DNA from: Podarcis cretensis
Lineage: Eukaryota
Length of the DNA: 64,000 nt
NCBI GenBank assembly: GCA_951804945.1
Contig: OX638152.1
Span: forward strand, 86,366,001-86,430,000
Reading direction: 5' to 3'
Made by a program: the position numbers and the translations under genes. Under the pieces are notes generated by a model. That model was not told the origin of the DNA. It was given only the letters and a program-made list of their open reading frames with translations, and ran no database searches. Positions 27,101 to 38,694 of the stretch are shown here, piece after piece. Positions within the stretch are counted from its first letter, which is position 1. The number at the start of each line of letters is the position of its first letter.

Positions 27101-27798
27101 ACTTAGAATGTGGCCCAGAAGTGGACAAGTAATATTTCAGGATTGGTGCTGCATGATCCCTGACAGCTGTTCCTTTCAGTATTCAGAAAGCCACATTTTG
27201 CAAAACTCTGGCTTAATGTCGGTTAAAAAACCAGGGTAATAAGACAACCTGGCTTATGATCCTGGTATGTCAACCAAAATTAAGTCAGATTTCTCCAGTT
27301 TGGAGGCAGTGGGAAACCACAGTTTAATGCAAGCCAAGATCTCCACCCCAAAACCAGCACACAACGAGGAAGTTCATGGCACTGCAAGCCAAAAACCAGA
27401 GCTAGAATGTGTTCATTCATTGCTTTCTCCCTCCCAAGAAACTACAGTATATACTAAGATGTTTCTCTTTTCATTTATAAATATTTTACTCAGCTATTTA
27501 ATTGCTAATTAGCAGACAAATCCTTAATTAATACAAAGTTAGTAGTTTACCATTGAATTGATTTGCAATTAGCATGTTGTATCCCAGAACTGCTCAAGAG
27601 TCATTAATCATTTTCATGAGCATAAAATCTTTCTCTTCCAGTATTTTCATCGGCCACAGTAAGTAGGTCACAAGGAAGGGATAGGACAGGTTGGGGGAGT
27701 GATAGTTAACTTTCAATTTGATAATATCCATCCAAAGTGTAAATTTTTATTCATAAAAGAATAAACCGTTTTATTTGCAGACCTTTAAATTCAAATTA

Positions 27799-28161
27799 GG
27801 GACGCAGGTGGCGCTGTGGGTTAAAGCCTCAGCGCCTAGGACTTGCTGATCGAAAGGTCGGCGGTTCGAATCCCTGCGGCGGGGTGCGCTCCCGCTGCTC
27901 GGTCCCAGCGCCTGCCAACCTAGCAGTTCGAAAGCACCTCCAGGTGCAAGTAGATAAATAGGGACCGCTTACCAGCGGGAAGGTAAACGGCGTTTCCGTG
28001 TGCGGCTCTGGCTCGCCAGAGCAGCGATGTCACGCTGGCCACGTGACCCGGAAGTGTCTCCGGACAGCGCTGGCCCCTGGCCTCTTAAGTGAGATGGGCG
28101 CACAACCCCAGAGTCTGTCAAGACTGGCCCGTACGGGCAGGGGTACCTTTACCTTTACCTT
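27799..28161 (+). mobile_element. Sauria SINE, full length, distinct young subfamily
   Basis: GGGACGCAGGTGGCGCTGTGGG head, intact A/B boxes, (ACCTTT)3 tail, perfect TSD TTTAAATTCAAATTA. Confidence 0.92.
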
Positions 28162-28922
28162 TTTAAATTCAAATTAGGTACATTAATATTGTAGCAGTGG
28201 ATTTACTGAGATGAAATCTTGTGAACAGGAACTTCCCTGGTTGGCACTGGGAAAAGCTTGAAGCTCAGTGATCAATTGCTTCCATCAGTGGCAGATGGCT
28301 CCAGGTTCTGCCATTGGTATCTCAACTTAAAATGTTCTCAGGAAGCAGGGCTGAGAATGACAACCCCTGAGACTGTGCTGAGGTGCTGCCAACAGTATGA
28401 CTCTGTATATTCAAGAATCAATGCCATATGGCAAGGCAAGGGTGCCTCACAACAGGAGTAAACAACATGGTGTTGTGGACTAGGACTCTATCGTCAGCCC
28501 CAACCAGTACGGCCAATAGTCAGGGACAATGGCAGCTTTGGCTCAACATATTCTGGGGGCTACCTAATTGGCTAATCCTGATTTACAACGAGGTGGATTT
28601 TTAAGACAACAAATTACCAACAAGTGATCAGAGAGACTGGCAAAAAAAATAAAAACGATTTTGAGATTTTTTGGCCTATTGAGGAGGCTGGCTTAGCCTC
28701 TACTCCAGAGTTTTGAGAGCTCGTGGATATGTGTGCACAAAAATCTCATAGGAGCAGATTTATCAAGTTCACTCCAAGGTATGGGGCAGCACAGTAGCAT
28801 GTGCAAAGGTAGAGCCATGTAAGAGCATAAGGTTTTGCATATACACAAGAAGCCCCTGGATGGGGGCAAATGGGCAGCACAACGTTTTCCATGAAACTGG
28901 TTTCAGTTTAGCTCTCCAAGTA

Positions 28923-29182
28923 CCGTATTTTTCGCTCTATAAGACGCACCAGACCACAAGACGCACCTAGTTTTTGGAGGAGGAAAACAAGAAAAAAAAT
29001 ATTCTGAATCTCAGAAGCCAGAACAGCAAGAGGGATCGCTGCACAGTGAAAGCAGCGATCCCTCTTGCTCTTCTGGCTTCTGGGATAGCTGGGATAGCCT
29101 GCATTCGCTCCATAAGACGCACACACATTTCCCCTTACTTTTTAGGAGGGAAAAAGTGAGTCTTATAGAGCAAAAAATATGG
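28923..29182. mobile_element. pogo/Tigger-like MITE (CCGTATTTTT TIR)
   Basis: TA|CCGTATTTTTCG...AAAAATATGG|TA; shares ends with the 24053 copy. Confidence 0.85.
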
Positions 29183-30755
29183 TACTTGCCAGCACTGAAG
29201 TCAGCTGGCAGCTTCCCAATGCTCATGGGAAGAGGTCAACAGTGAAGACCATGAGCCACAGCAGCCCTGTGCCACTCAGATAATTTGGTTCATATTGTCA
29301 TCACTTCCCTTTAAACACACATACAAAAATTCCCCTTTTGACTCTGCACTTACACAGAACAAGTAGAATGCAGAATGGTATGTTTCAGACATTTAAATAT
29401 TGTACTTCTAGCTCTTAATCAAATTGCTTCCGTGCATTCTATTTTACAACTGAAACGTAGCTTAAAACCTAAGGCTTCTACCAAGCTTCTTACTCAGCTA
29501 GGTTATCCATAAATATGAAACACTTATGGCAAAAGTATTTGTAACCTGACAGACCTTCGATCAGCCCCAGTAGTTTGGATACAGTAAATCAGGTGGGGTT
29601 GACATGTTTGCAGTGCTTATGGTGATCTGAAAGCAACACACATTTTCCTCACCAAAAATATAGTCAACTGATATCCTAGCTCAGTGGCAATTTGTATGAA
29701 GATGATCTCAAGTACAGTCCCTAAATCTCCAGTTAAAAGGATATCTGCTATCAGTCTGCCAAAACCCTCTGCAGCACACTGCCAGATCAAAGTATATATA
29801 TATGTGAGTGTGTATTTATATATACTGTATCTTACTAATGCATAAAACACTTCACTATTTTCAGGTATAATTACTTGCAAATCATGCGCAGTATTTATAA
29901 AATGCTGTGCATCAAGCTTTTGGAATGTAACCACTATACATTTTCAGCTTGCAAAAAGCCTTTAAAAAAACGAAGTTTCACCAACACATGTTAAAAAGCA
30001 TGTAACCACAAGCAGCTGGTGAGATTCAGTCCTGATATAAATAGACTCAACATGAAAACATGAATTCCTAAACTGCTGAGAATTCAGAATCTTGCTTCAC
30101 TGCTGGGATTAATTTCTTTCCAACAGACTGGCTGTCTGGAGAATTCCCATGATTCTGTAAATGAAAACATATGGATGTGTTACAGCCAACAGTGGGAGTA
30201 GATGCACTCTAACTGATGGGTATTCAAGGGACAGCTCCATACAGAGGAAATTGCTGGTTTGGCAGCTGTTAGGAAACCTAACAAGGCCATATAGTGGAAG
30301 TTTTCCTGCTTGCTGTTCTTGTCTGTTCATTCTGGAACTCAAACATACTTGCTTATTTTCCAGAGAGAGGCAGAGGAGTAATGGTTATCCTTCCTAAATA
30401 GAAAATCCTTTTTGAATATAAACAACAAACTAATGGGGAGAAGACTTATTTTTACCTACCTTGAGCCCCAGAACAGTAGGCTTATAACACTTTTCTTCTT
30501 GCAAAACAATGAATTAATTAAGAGAACTGAGAAAAAAGCAGGTGTTGAGTGTGAAATCAATGAGTGTGAACTGAAGCAGCATAGTAAATAAGATTATACG
30601 CCAGGAGTTCAAATCTTCCTCAAGTTTAAGGCTTCGGGGGTGGGGAGAGTATCCTGTTTTGCTTGTTTCTTGATGACATGTGACTGAGGGATACATTTCT
30701 TCACAATCACAACTTCCCTAAGCTAAACTGTTTGAGAGGTTTATAGTAACAATCC

Positions 30756-30925
30756 AGGGCTGCCATACACCTGGAAAGTCCTGGACATAGCTGGGATTCG
30801 TCTGTCAAAAATGGCGTCCTGGTGGAATTTTAGGAAACTGGTTAAAATGTCCGGGAAAATCCGGGTGTATGGTGTTGATTTTTTGGTGAATTTCCAAAAA
30901 AAAAAAAAAAAAAAAAGCAACCCTA
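30756..30925. mobile_element. hAT (Tip100-like) MITE
   Basis: CAGGGCTGCCA...GCAACCCTA ends, repeated CCGGG/TCCTGG motifs. Confidence 0.55.
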
Positions 30926-31591
30926 AACTTTTGTATTGCTCTGCCAGTTGTGTTATCACAAGTTTGGTAGCAATTAACATGAGCCTAATCAAGTCATTAA
31001 ACACCACACACTCACACCCTGAATCAAACAGTGAACAATGCATTAATTTTGGTGTTTTAACGATTTACCTAGCTGATGTGTGAATCTCCTTGAATACTTC
31101 ATTCCAGCATTTTACTACCTGAAGATGAATATAAGTGCCCCATTGGTAGAACGGGCAAGGGGCACTGTGCCCAACATCTTACTGGGGCACATCATCAACG
31201 GTGGCTTCTCTCCAATATACACAGAAACAGATTGCAGTAGGTTCACCTTCTAGGTGCTACCCTATAGATGGAATTCCCCCTCTTTCTTTCTGTCTCCCTA
31301 ATTGCCCTAAGGACAACCCTCTTTTCTGTGTTATCTTCCGATTATGTAGACCGGATCTTTGAAACTAGGCCGCTCAACTCATCTGCAACACCTAAAACTA
31401 AGGCTTCAAACGGCACAAGACCTCTGGTAGTTTTCTCCTGAACCTGCCTGTTGGAAATAAAACAATTCATCTAATGGATATTAAGACGTTCAACTTGTCT
31501 AACTGAGCTCTCTTTTGTTTTTCCCAAGAATGGAAATCACAGACGTTGACACAGAAGTCCCAAAACTAGTACAAACCCTCTCCTTAGTCCC

Positions 31592-31596
<5 letters not shown>

Positions 31597-31633
<37 letters not shown>
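31597..31633. repeat. (TG)n microsatellite
   Basis: Direct reading. Confidence 0.95.
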
Positions 31634-31634
<1 letters not shown>

Positions 31635-32221
31635 TACACTGTAGAAGGGAGGGTGGTATTTGTGGTGGGGGTGGGAGTGGACAGAGGTAGCTGGGATTAA
31701 TTTAGATTGTCATGATTTCTGTTAAATAAATGTGCGTCATGAAAACCTTTTGCAATTGTATGGAAATTTGTTGGAAGGAAGGGTTGTGTCCATAGAGCGA
31801 ATCCTCACAGGGCTTGTCTTTATTGCCCAGTACCAGATAAATTTATTGGTGCAACGAAAAGCTTTGTAATTCTTTTCACAGGGAAATTCCTCAGCACCAC
31901 CCACAGAGTGCCCTTTTTGCAGTAAATCTGACCCTTTTTATTCTAAAAATAAAGTAATTAATGGAAGTTTGCCATTTTCCAATAACCTTTTCCCGAAATT
32001 AAAATGCGAAACACCTGAAACAAAAACAAAAACTGCAACTATTTTGCCTTAAAGTAACAACTTTAAGCTTATCCAGATTTTCATTTCATACCTAACTCTG
32101 GGCACAGGTTTAAAGGCATACTGTTTATTAGATATTTCTTGGAATCTGAGACCCCAGGTATCTGACAGGTTTAAAAACAACCCCCATCACACAATTGATC
32201 TGTATTTGTACTCCAGGGACC

Positions 32222-32222
<1 letters not shown>

Positions 32223-32257
<35 letters not shown>
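32223..32257. repeat. (AC)n microsatellite
   Basis: Direct reading. Confidence 0.95.
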
Positions 32258-32261
<4 letters not shown>

Positions 32262-32696
32262 CCCAAATCAGCTGTCTTTTTGTAGACTAGATGGGCCAAC
32301 AATACTGAATACATGGGTTCTGCTGCATATTAGCTATGCAACCGAACCAAGAAGGACCACTTTTGTTGGCATCCTTGCAGCAGCCACAACAAAACAATGC
32401 AAAACTATTATTGCACGCCACCCCAATCTACCCGCGGCATGAGATTCCGGAGGCTCCAGGCCCTTACCCAGGGTTTGTGTTTCCTTTTGGGAATGTGGCA
32501 CAGTGGATACTACAGTGTATTTATGATATATCGTTTATTTACACATATATACAACCTGAGCCTGTGATGGAGGAGCTTGAAGCATGAACAGCCCAAGAGG
32601 GTCCTGCCTCCTCCACAGGCGCAGCCATGGATGCAAACAGAAACCAAACATTGCTCTGATTCTGTCTCCAGCTTGCTGCTTTCTTTCTTGCTGCCC

Positions 32697-32989
32697 AGAC
32701 ACTGAGGTCCAGCGCCGAGGGCCTTTCTGGCGGTTCCCTCACTGCGAGAAGCCAAGTTACAGGGAACCAGGCAGAGGGCCTTCTTGGTAGTGGCACCTGC
32801 CCTGTGGAACACCCTCCCACCAGATGTCAAAGAGAAGAACAACTACCAGACTTTTAGAAGACATCTGAAGGCAGCCCTGTTTAAGGAAGCTTCTAATGTC
32901 TAACAGACTACTGTATTTTAATACTTTGTTGGAAGCCGCCCAGAGTGGCTGGGGAAACCCAGCCAGATGGGTGGGGTATAAATAAATAA

Positions 32990-33039
<50 letters not shown>
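32697..33039 (+). mobile_element. L2 LINE 3' end with (TTA)n tail
   Basis: AGGGCCTTCTTGGTAGTGGCACCTGCCCTGTGGAAC (RAF.V.AP.LWN motif), GGAAGCCGCCCAGAGTGG 3'UTR, TTA repeats. Confidence 0.82.
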
Positions 33040-33040
<1 letters not shown>

Positions 33041-33335
33041 GCTCATATCACCATCACCTCTGCTCCCAATTCTGGTTTGTTCTGTTGAGGGAGGGGGCCC
33101 CACCCATTTGCCGCCTCACACCAAACCCCTTTATTCCCATCACCTCACCAGGAAAGCTAATTTGGCTATTTCCCGGAACCAGAAGGCTTGATTAGCTTTT
33201 AACGCTTGCTGGATGCAGGGATCAGTGGGTCTCTGCATACAGCCTGCTTCCCTCCACCCCAAACTCATAACTCTTAAGGCCATGATGCAGTCCAAGCAAA
33301 GCACTTTAAGTGATATGTCTAACTTGCTGGGAGTT

Positions 33336-33517
33336 AAAACAAAAAAAATTCCTTCCAGTAGCACCTTAAAGACCAACTAAGTTAGTTCTTGGTATGAGCT
33401 TTCGTGTGCATGCACACGAAAGCTCATACCAAGAACTAACTTAGTTGGTCTTTAAGGTGCTACTGGAAGGAATTTTTTTTGTTTTGACTATGGCAGACCA
33501 ACACGGCTACCTATCTG
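33336..33517 (+). mobile_element. Penelope-like element fragment (inverted pLTR end) containing a perfect 150-bp palindrome
   Basis: 12-bp TSD TTGCTGGGAGTT (33324-33335, 33518-33529); 33336-33485 is its own reverse complement; TAAGGTGCTACTGG and CAGACCAACACGGCTACC motifs resemble reptile Penelope termini. Confidence 0.8.
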
Positions 33518-34332
33518 TTGCTGGGAGTTGAAATCTTTCAAATTGAGATCAAATGTAAGCAGTGCTTCATTTTTACCAGATCGTGTGCTCCATAAAAATT
33601 CATTAGATGTTTGGAACGGCGCCATGCTTTTGCAGCACGCTTTTAAAGGTTTACTCACATGCGGTCTATATAAATCCTTACTTATCAAACCAATGGGAGG
33701 CAGGCACTTCAATAAAATTGGGTAAAAGGTGATCATTCTCAAAGACTGAAGTGCAAGCTGATTTCTCAATTCCCAGTGTGTTGCTATTCAGAATAAAAAA
33801 GCACACACACACACCCCGAAACAACCATTGACTGTTTTTCTAGGGCTAATCAATGAAGTGAACTTTTCCCAAACTGGACAGGAACAATGTCCGACATGTT
33901 TGGCATTTCACTGTCATGTTCTGTTGTGTTAGAAATTGTTTTGCTCTAATGTAGCTGTCAAGTGTTTACATGTTAAAACTGTATTCAGCTGCTTCAGAGA
34001 GTGCGGTTCTAAGTCAACACACTGCCAACTGTGAAAATTTAGTTGATCTGCCCAGCCAATGAGCTTGTGACTTTATTTTGCTTCCATGCATCCACAACAT
34101 AGCAAGCAAAGAGGTCCCTTGGAAATGAATATAGCTCATGCAACACAAAAGCTACAGGAAATGGCATGCTATATATTGCTGACCTGGATTTTGACTACAG
34201 ACTCTTTGAACCAAGAAGCGTAATTAAAAACACAAGTACATATGGCTGCAGAAGAGACCACAGTCCTTCAATCTTTGATAGACCCTTGTAAACTATTCGG
34301 CTAACTGCATACTTTGTATATATTTACATATA

Positions 34333-34686
34333 CAGTGGTGCCTCGCAAGACAAAATTAATTCGTTCCGCGAGTTTTTTCGTCTTGCGATTTTTTCGTCTT
34401 GCGAAGCACGGACTTTGGAAAAGCTTCAAAAATCACCAAAGTCTTCAAAAACCTCAAAAAAGGCTACCACACCGCGTGCTATGAGTTGCTCCTCGAAGTG
34501 AATGCACAGTTTTAAGAAAAAGGAAACAAACTTGCAAGACAAAGGAAACAAACTTGCAAGACGTTTCCGTCTTGCGAAGCAAGCCCATAGGGAAATCCGT
34601 CTTGCGAAGCAACTCAAAAAACGAAAAACTCTTTCGTTTTGCGAGTTTTTCGTCTTTCGAGGCATTCGTCTTGCGAGGTACCACTG
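34333..34686. mobile_element. Tc1/mariner MITE family E
   Basis: TA|CAGTGGTGCCTCGCAAGAC...GTCTTGCGAGGTACCACTG|TA; repeated CGTCTTGCGA motif. Confidence 0.85.
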
Positions 34687-35700
34687 TATTTCCAGGGTTA
34701 AAGGAAAGAACTACAAGCTATAACAGACATAGAGGACCTCCTCATAGTGTGAGTGGAATGGAAAAAAATGACTGTATACATGTACATGCACAATTGGGGA
34801 ACCCTTAATCTACCAGGTTACTGAAGTTTACAGAACCTACGTTTATGCTCAGTCTGTTTTCGCAGTCTGTCTTAACATGTGGGGTTGGGGATTGTTCCAA
34901 AAGGTGCAGACTTGCTCCTGTCTACTTGTTGATGGAACATATGGATGGGTACACGAGTCGGGGGAAAGGGCTTACATTACAGGAGCAGAAGATGTATCAA
35001 AATAATAATAACTGGGTTTCATTATCATTTTACTTCCTGGAATATTGCTTGCTTTTGGAATCCATGGCAATGAAAGAACTTTTTTTTTTTAAGGGAGATA
35101 TTTCCCCCTTTCATAACAAAGCAGATTCAAATTGTGAGAACAGTGGGGCATTTTGCTCCCCCCCCCCTGCTCTTGCTGTGAATATTTTTAGACTCCCAAA
35201 TGAAAAAGGGGAATTAAAGCAGAATACCAAAGGTTATGGTTCTCTTGGGGATATATATTTTCTTCAAGAAAGAAGCAACTTGAGATAGAGAGGAACTATA
35301 CTGTTAGGTAAGCTCAAATAATCCCTAAGAATTCTCAAGAGTAAAATAAGTGGTTTTTAAGCTTCTGTTTAATTTTGGCTGATCTTTGGCTTCAAGAAAG
35401 GAGCATAAACATTATAGCACCTCAGACACCTGACTCTTGTTCTATATTTTAAGAAGTGAGAAGAGAAAAAATTGAAAAGCTGGTTTTAATAAGATAAATT
35501 TGCATATATATTTTGGCTTTTCTCTGCTTTAGAAGTAAAGTAATGGAATAGTGTGAGGGGCAGTGCTTGATTCTCTCTTTCTCCAAAGATTTGAAAGCAA
35601 CTTCGATCCCACCCAAACTAGTACCCATGGAAAGTGTATTATAAGCCCCTTTCCCATCTCAAATTTGTCTTTTATTTTTGCAGAATTTATAGTCTACTTT

Positions 35701-36048
35701 GGGATGCGGGTGGCATTGTGGGTTAAACCTAGGCCTAGGACTTGCTGATCAGAAGGTTGGCGGTTCGAATCCCTGTGACAGGGTGAGCTCCTGTTGCTCG
35801 GTCCCTGCTCCTGCCAACCTAGCAGTTCGAAAGAACATCAAAGTGCAAGTAGATAAATAGGTACTGCTCCGGCGGGAAGGTAAACGGTGTTTCCGTATGC
35901 TGCTCTGGTTTGCCAGAAGCGGCTTAGTCATGCTGGCCACATGACCCGGAAGCTGTACGCCAGCTCCCTCGGCCAATAAAGCGAGATGAGCACTGCAACC
36001 CCAGAGTCGGTCACGACTGGACCTAATGGTCAGGGGTCACTTTACCTT
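35701..36048 (+). mobile_element. Sauria SINE, full length
   Basis: TSD TTTATAG(T/G)CTACTTT on both sides. Confidence 0.9.
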
Positions 36049-36374
36049 TTTATAGGCTACTTTATTGCACAAAAAAATGAAAGCACAGCTGCTTTCGAGA
36101 GAGCTTTCTTGGGAAACGTGTGTTATTTTGTGGAAGGGTTTTCCCCTCCCTGTTCCCACTGAGTAATGAAATATTTAGCAACGACTTGATCTATGACTTG
36201 ACGCAAACTATTAAAAGAGATTAACACATCCTGTTAGATCCCACATGTACAAATTAGTATCTTTGCGGTGAAAGAAAACCCGGAGTGGCAGGCGTTTTGG
36301 AATTACAGCACTTATAAAACTCCCATCACTTTCATAACACAGAGCTGGGCTTCAGGCTCCTAAAAGGTTGGTTC

Positions 36375-36377
<3 letters not shown>

Positions 36378-36413
<36 letters not shown>
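36378..36413. repeat. (AC)n microsatellite
   Basis: Direct reading. Confidence 0.95.
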
Positions 36414-36416
<3 letters not shown>

Positions 36417-37736
36417 TGCTATGGTCACGGTTCATGGGTTCTGCTGTTCCATAATTTTCCTGTGTTCATGCAGAACTTGATACTGACTGCAGAATCCAGC
36501 ATCTTCAGAATATGTTCACGCCTGTGAATATAAGGTTTAAATCCTGCGGGCAATTATTGTGCTCAATTCCTGTTAAGATGGGGATAGTGTAGTAATATAG
36601 GGATCAGAGAGATCTGTAGAAAACACAAGGAGCAGCAGGAATAGTTCTCTAATTTCTCATACCAAGGCTGATCTGGAATATAACATCCTGCATATTCTCT
36701 ATAGAGAAAAACTTAATATAGCACTCATTCAAAACAAAACACAAAGTATTTTGCACGGAAATCTACCTACCAATTTTGCTTATGCAGTGAGACTAAAGAT
36801 AGGTCAAATCGCTCTCCAGAATTTTAGACACACTTATCTCTGCTACAAGATACCAACTGCATCCTTTCCATGCTGTAATTTTTATACAATAATTGAATTG
36901 TAGGGCTGCTGCCCGAATAGGAACTGTAATATGGCAAAAAGCTCCAAAGAGAAATTTATTGCAGACTGGTGTTCAAAATTAGGCGTGTGTGTGTCTTGCC
37001 TGCTGCCGACCACTCCAGCATTCTCCAGCTTCTCTTCTTGATGCATCTACTGTGTATGCGTGCATCTCCTTTACATCATTTTGTCATTTCTGGATAGAAA
37101 ATTCAAAAGTCCGCAAAAAAACCACAAGTAACTAAAATCCCACTTTGAACATTCACATTAACTATGCAAATCAAGCCGATGGGTACACGTTTTCTCCATA
37201 CAGTATATGCATACATCCTTTTGAAAACAAGAGTTTGGGCAAGATTTTTGCACAGAGTTCCTGAGCTCACTTCATGCGTCAGACTAAAAAGAATGCGGTA
37301 GGAGTTTTGTTCTCTCCTTTTCTCAAGTGAACGCTCAGCTGGCTTGTTCCCAGTCCCTCCTTCCTAGTCAAGAGAGAAAAGGAAGTATATCCTGCAGTTA
37401 TCAGCCAGCTGGCTGCCTTCTATCCTCTCAGAAACTTGGGCTTAATGCACTTTCAAAAAGTGTTCAGCTGCAGCACTTGGACCAGGGACAGCGTTTTGGC
37501 ACGACATGTTTTCTCCTTCAAATTCAATTCTCTTTAGCGGGTCCCCAAACATGGCATGGCAGCAGAACTAGAGAGAGCCCTTTCTAAAGGGAGAAACAAT
37601 AACGCTTGTGCCAGTGAAAAGGTTGGGTCCACTTCCAGGAAAGTGTTATATAATATATCCTTAAATATTCCTCAGCAACAGGAGGAAGAAAAACCATTGA
37701 GTAAGACCCTGCAATGAATTTCTTGCCAATGGATTA

Positions 37737-37963
37737 CAGTGGTACCTTGGTTTGCGTACGTTTTGGATTACAAACATGGCAACCCTGGAAGTGCGTGTCC
37801 CAGTTTGCAACCTTTTTTGGATTACAACCCCCCTTTTTTTTTGGATTACGAACAAAATTTTTTTGGAGGCCCCATTGGCGAAAGCGTGCCTTGGGTTACA
37901 GCCTGTTTTGGTTTACAAACGGACCTCCGGAATGGATTATGGTTGTAAACCAAGGTACCACTG
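37737..37963 (+). mobile_element. Tc1/mariner MITE family D
   Basis: TA|CAGTGGTACCTTGGTTT...AAACCAAGGTACCACTG|TA. Confidence 0.85.
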
Positions 37964-38044
37964 TATGTTCAGGAACACTGAGCAGAGAGACTGAACATAC
38001 TCTGGTGAAACCCTTGAGGGGAGCAGGAACACTGGAATTTTAGA

Positions 38045-38173
38045 ATTTGGGTCTCCAGTCATTTTTGGACTACAACTACCATCATGCCTAAGCTAGCAGG
38101 ACCAGTGGGGTCAGGGATGGTGGGAATTGTAGACCAAAAACAGCTGGGGGGACCCAGGTTTTGGGATACCCTG
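38045..38173. mobile_element. Palindromic hAT MITE, left end missing
   Basis: GGACTACAACTACCATCAT...GATGGTGGGAATTGTAG core. Confidence 0.72.
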
Positions 38174-38558
38174 TTTTAGAGGAGGGTTTTCAACTTGCTC
38201 CTGAAAAATCCTACTGGTGGCTCCAGGAGTTCCACCAATGAGAAAATTATCAGATACCCTTTTATTTTCATCTGCAAGTGACAACCACCTCTCCCCTCCT
38301 ATGTGAGATGAGCTAGGGAGGGTCGGTACTGCAATAAATGGAGAAACTACCGAAGATTTCATTTCATTTATATGCTCAACACGGTATCCACAAGTCTCCC
38401 TATTCCACTGTATCCTCACGTGATGCAGTTTAGGCTGAGAGATGGCGGTTGACCCGGGGTTCCCCAGTGAGCCTCATAAATGAGTGGCAATTGGAGCCTG
38501 TGCCTCCCTTATCCTAGCTCCTAGCTTGACACACAAACAACTACACCATACCCTAGAC

Positions 38559-38694
38559 CAGTCTTTCCCAACCTTGGGTCTCCAGCTGATTTTGGACTAC
38601 AACTCCCATCATCCCTAGCTAGCAAGGGCAGTGGTTAGGGATGATGGGAATTGTAGTTCAAATACAGCTGGAGACCCAAGGTTGGGAAACACTG
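38559..38694. mobile_element. Palindromic hAT MITE (136 bp)
   Basis: Perfect 8-bp TSD CCCTAGAC; long inverted arms. Confidence 0.9.

Noticed and set aside
33400-33432. Active hammerhead ribozyme
   Set aside because: The CUGANGA catalytic box is absent on both strands; only stem II-GAAA remains.
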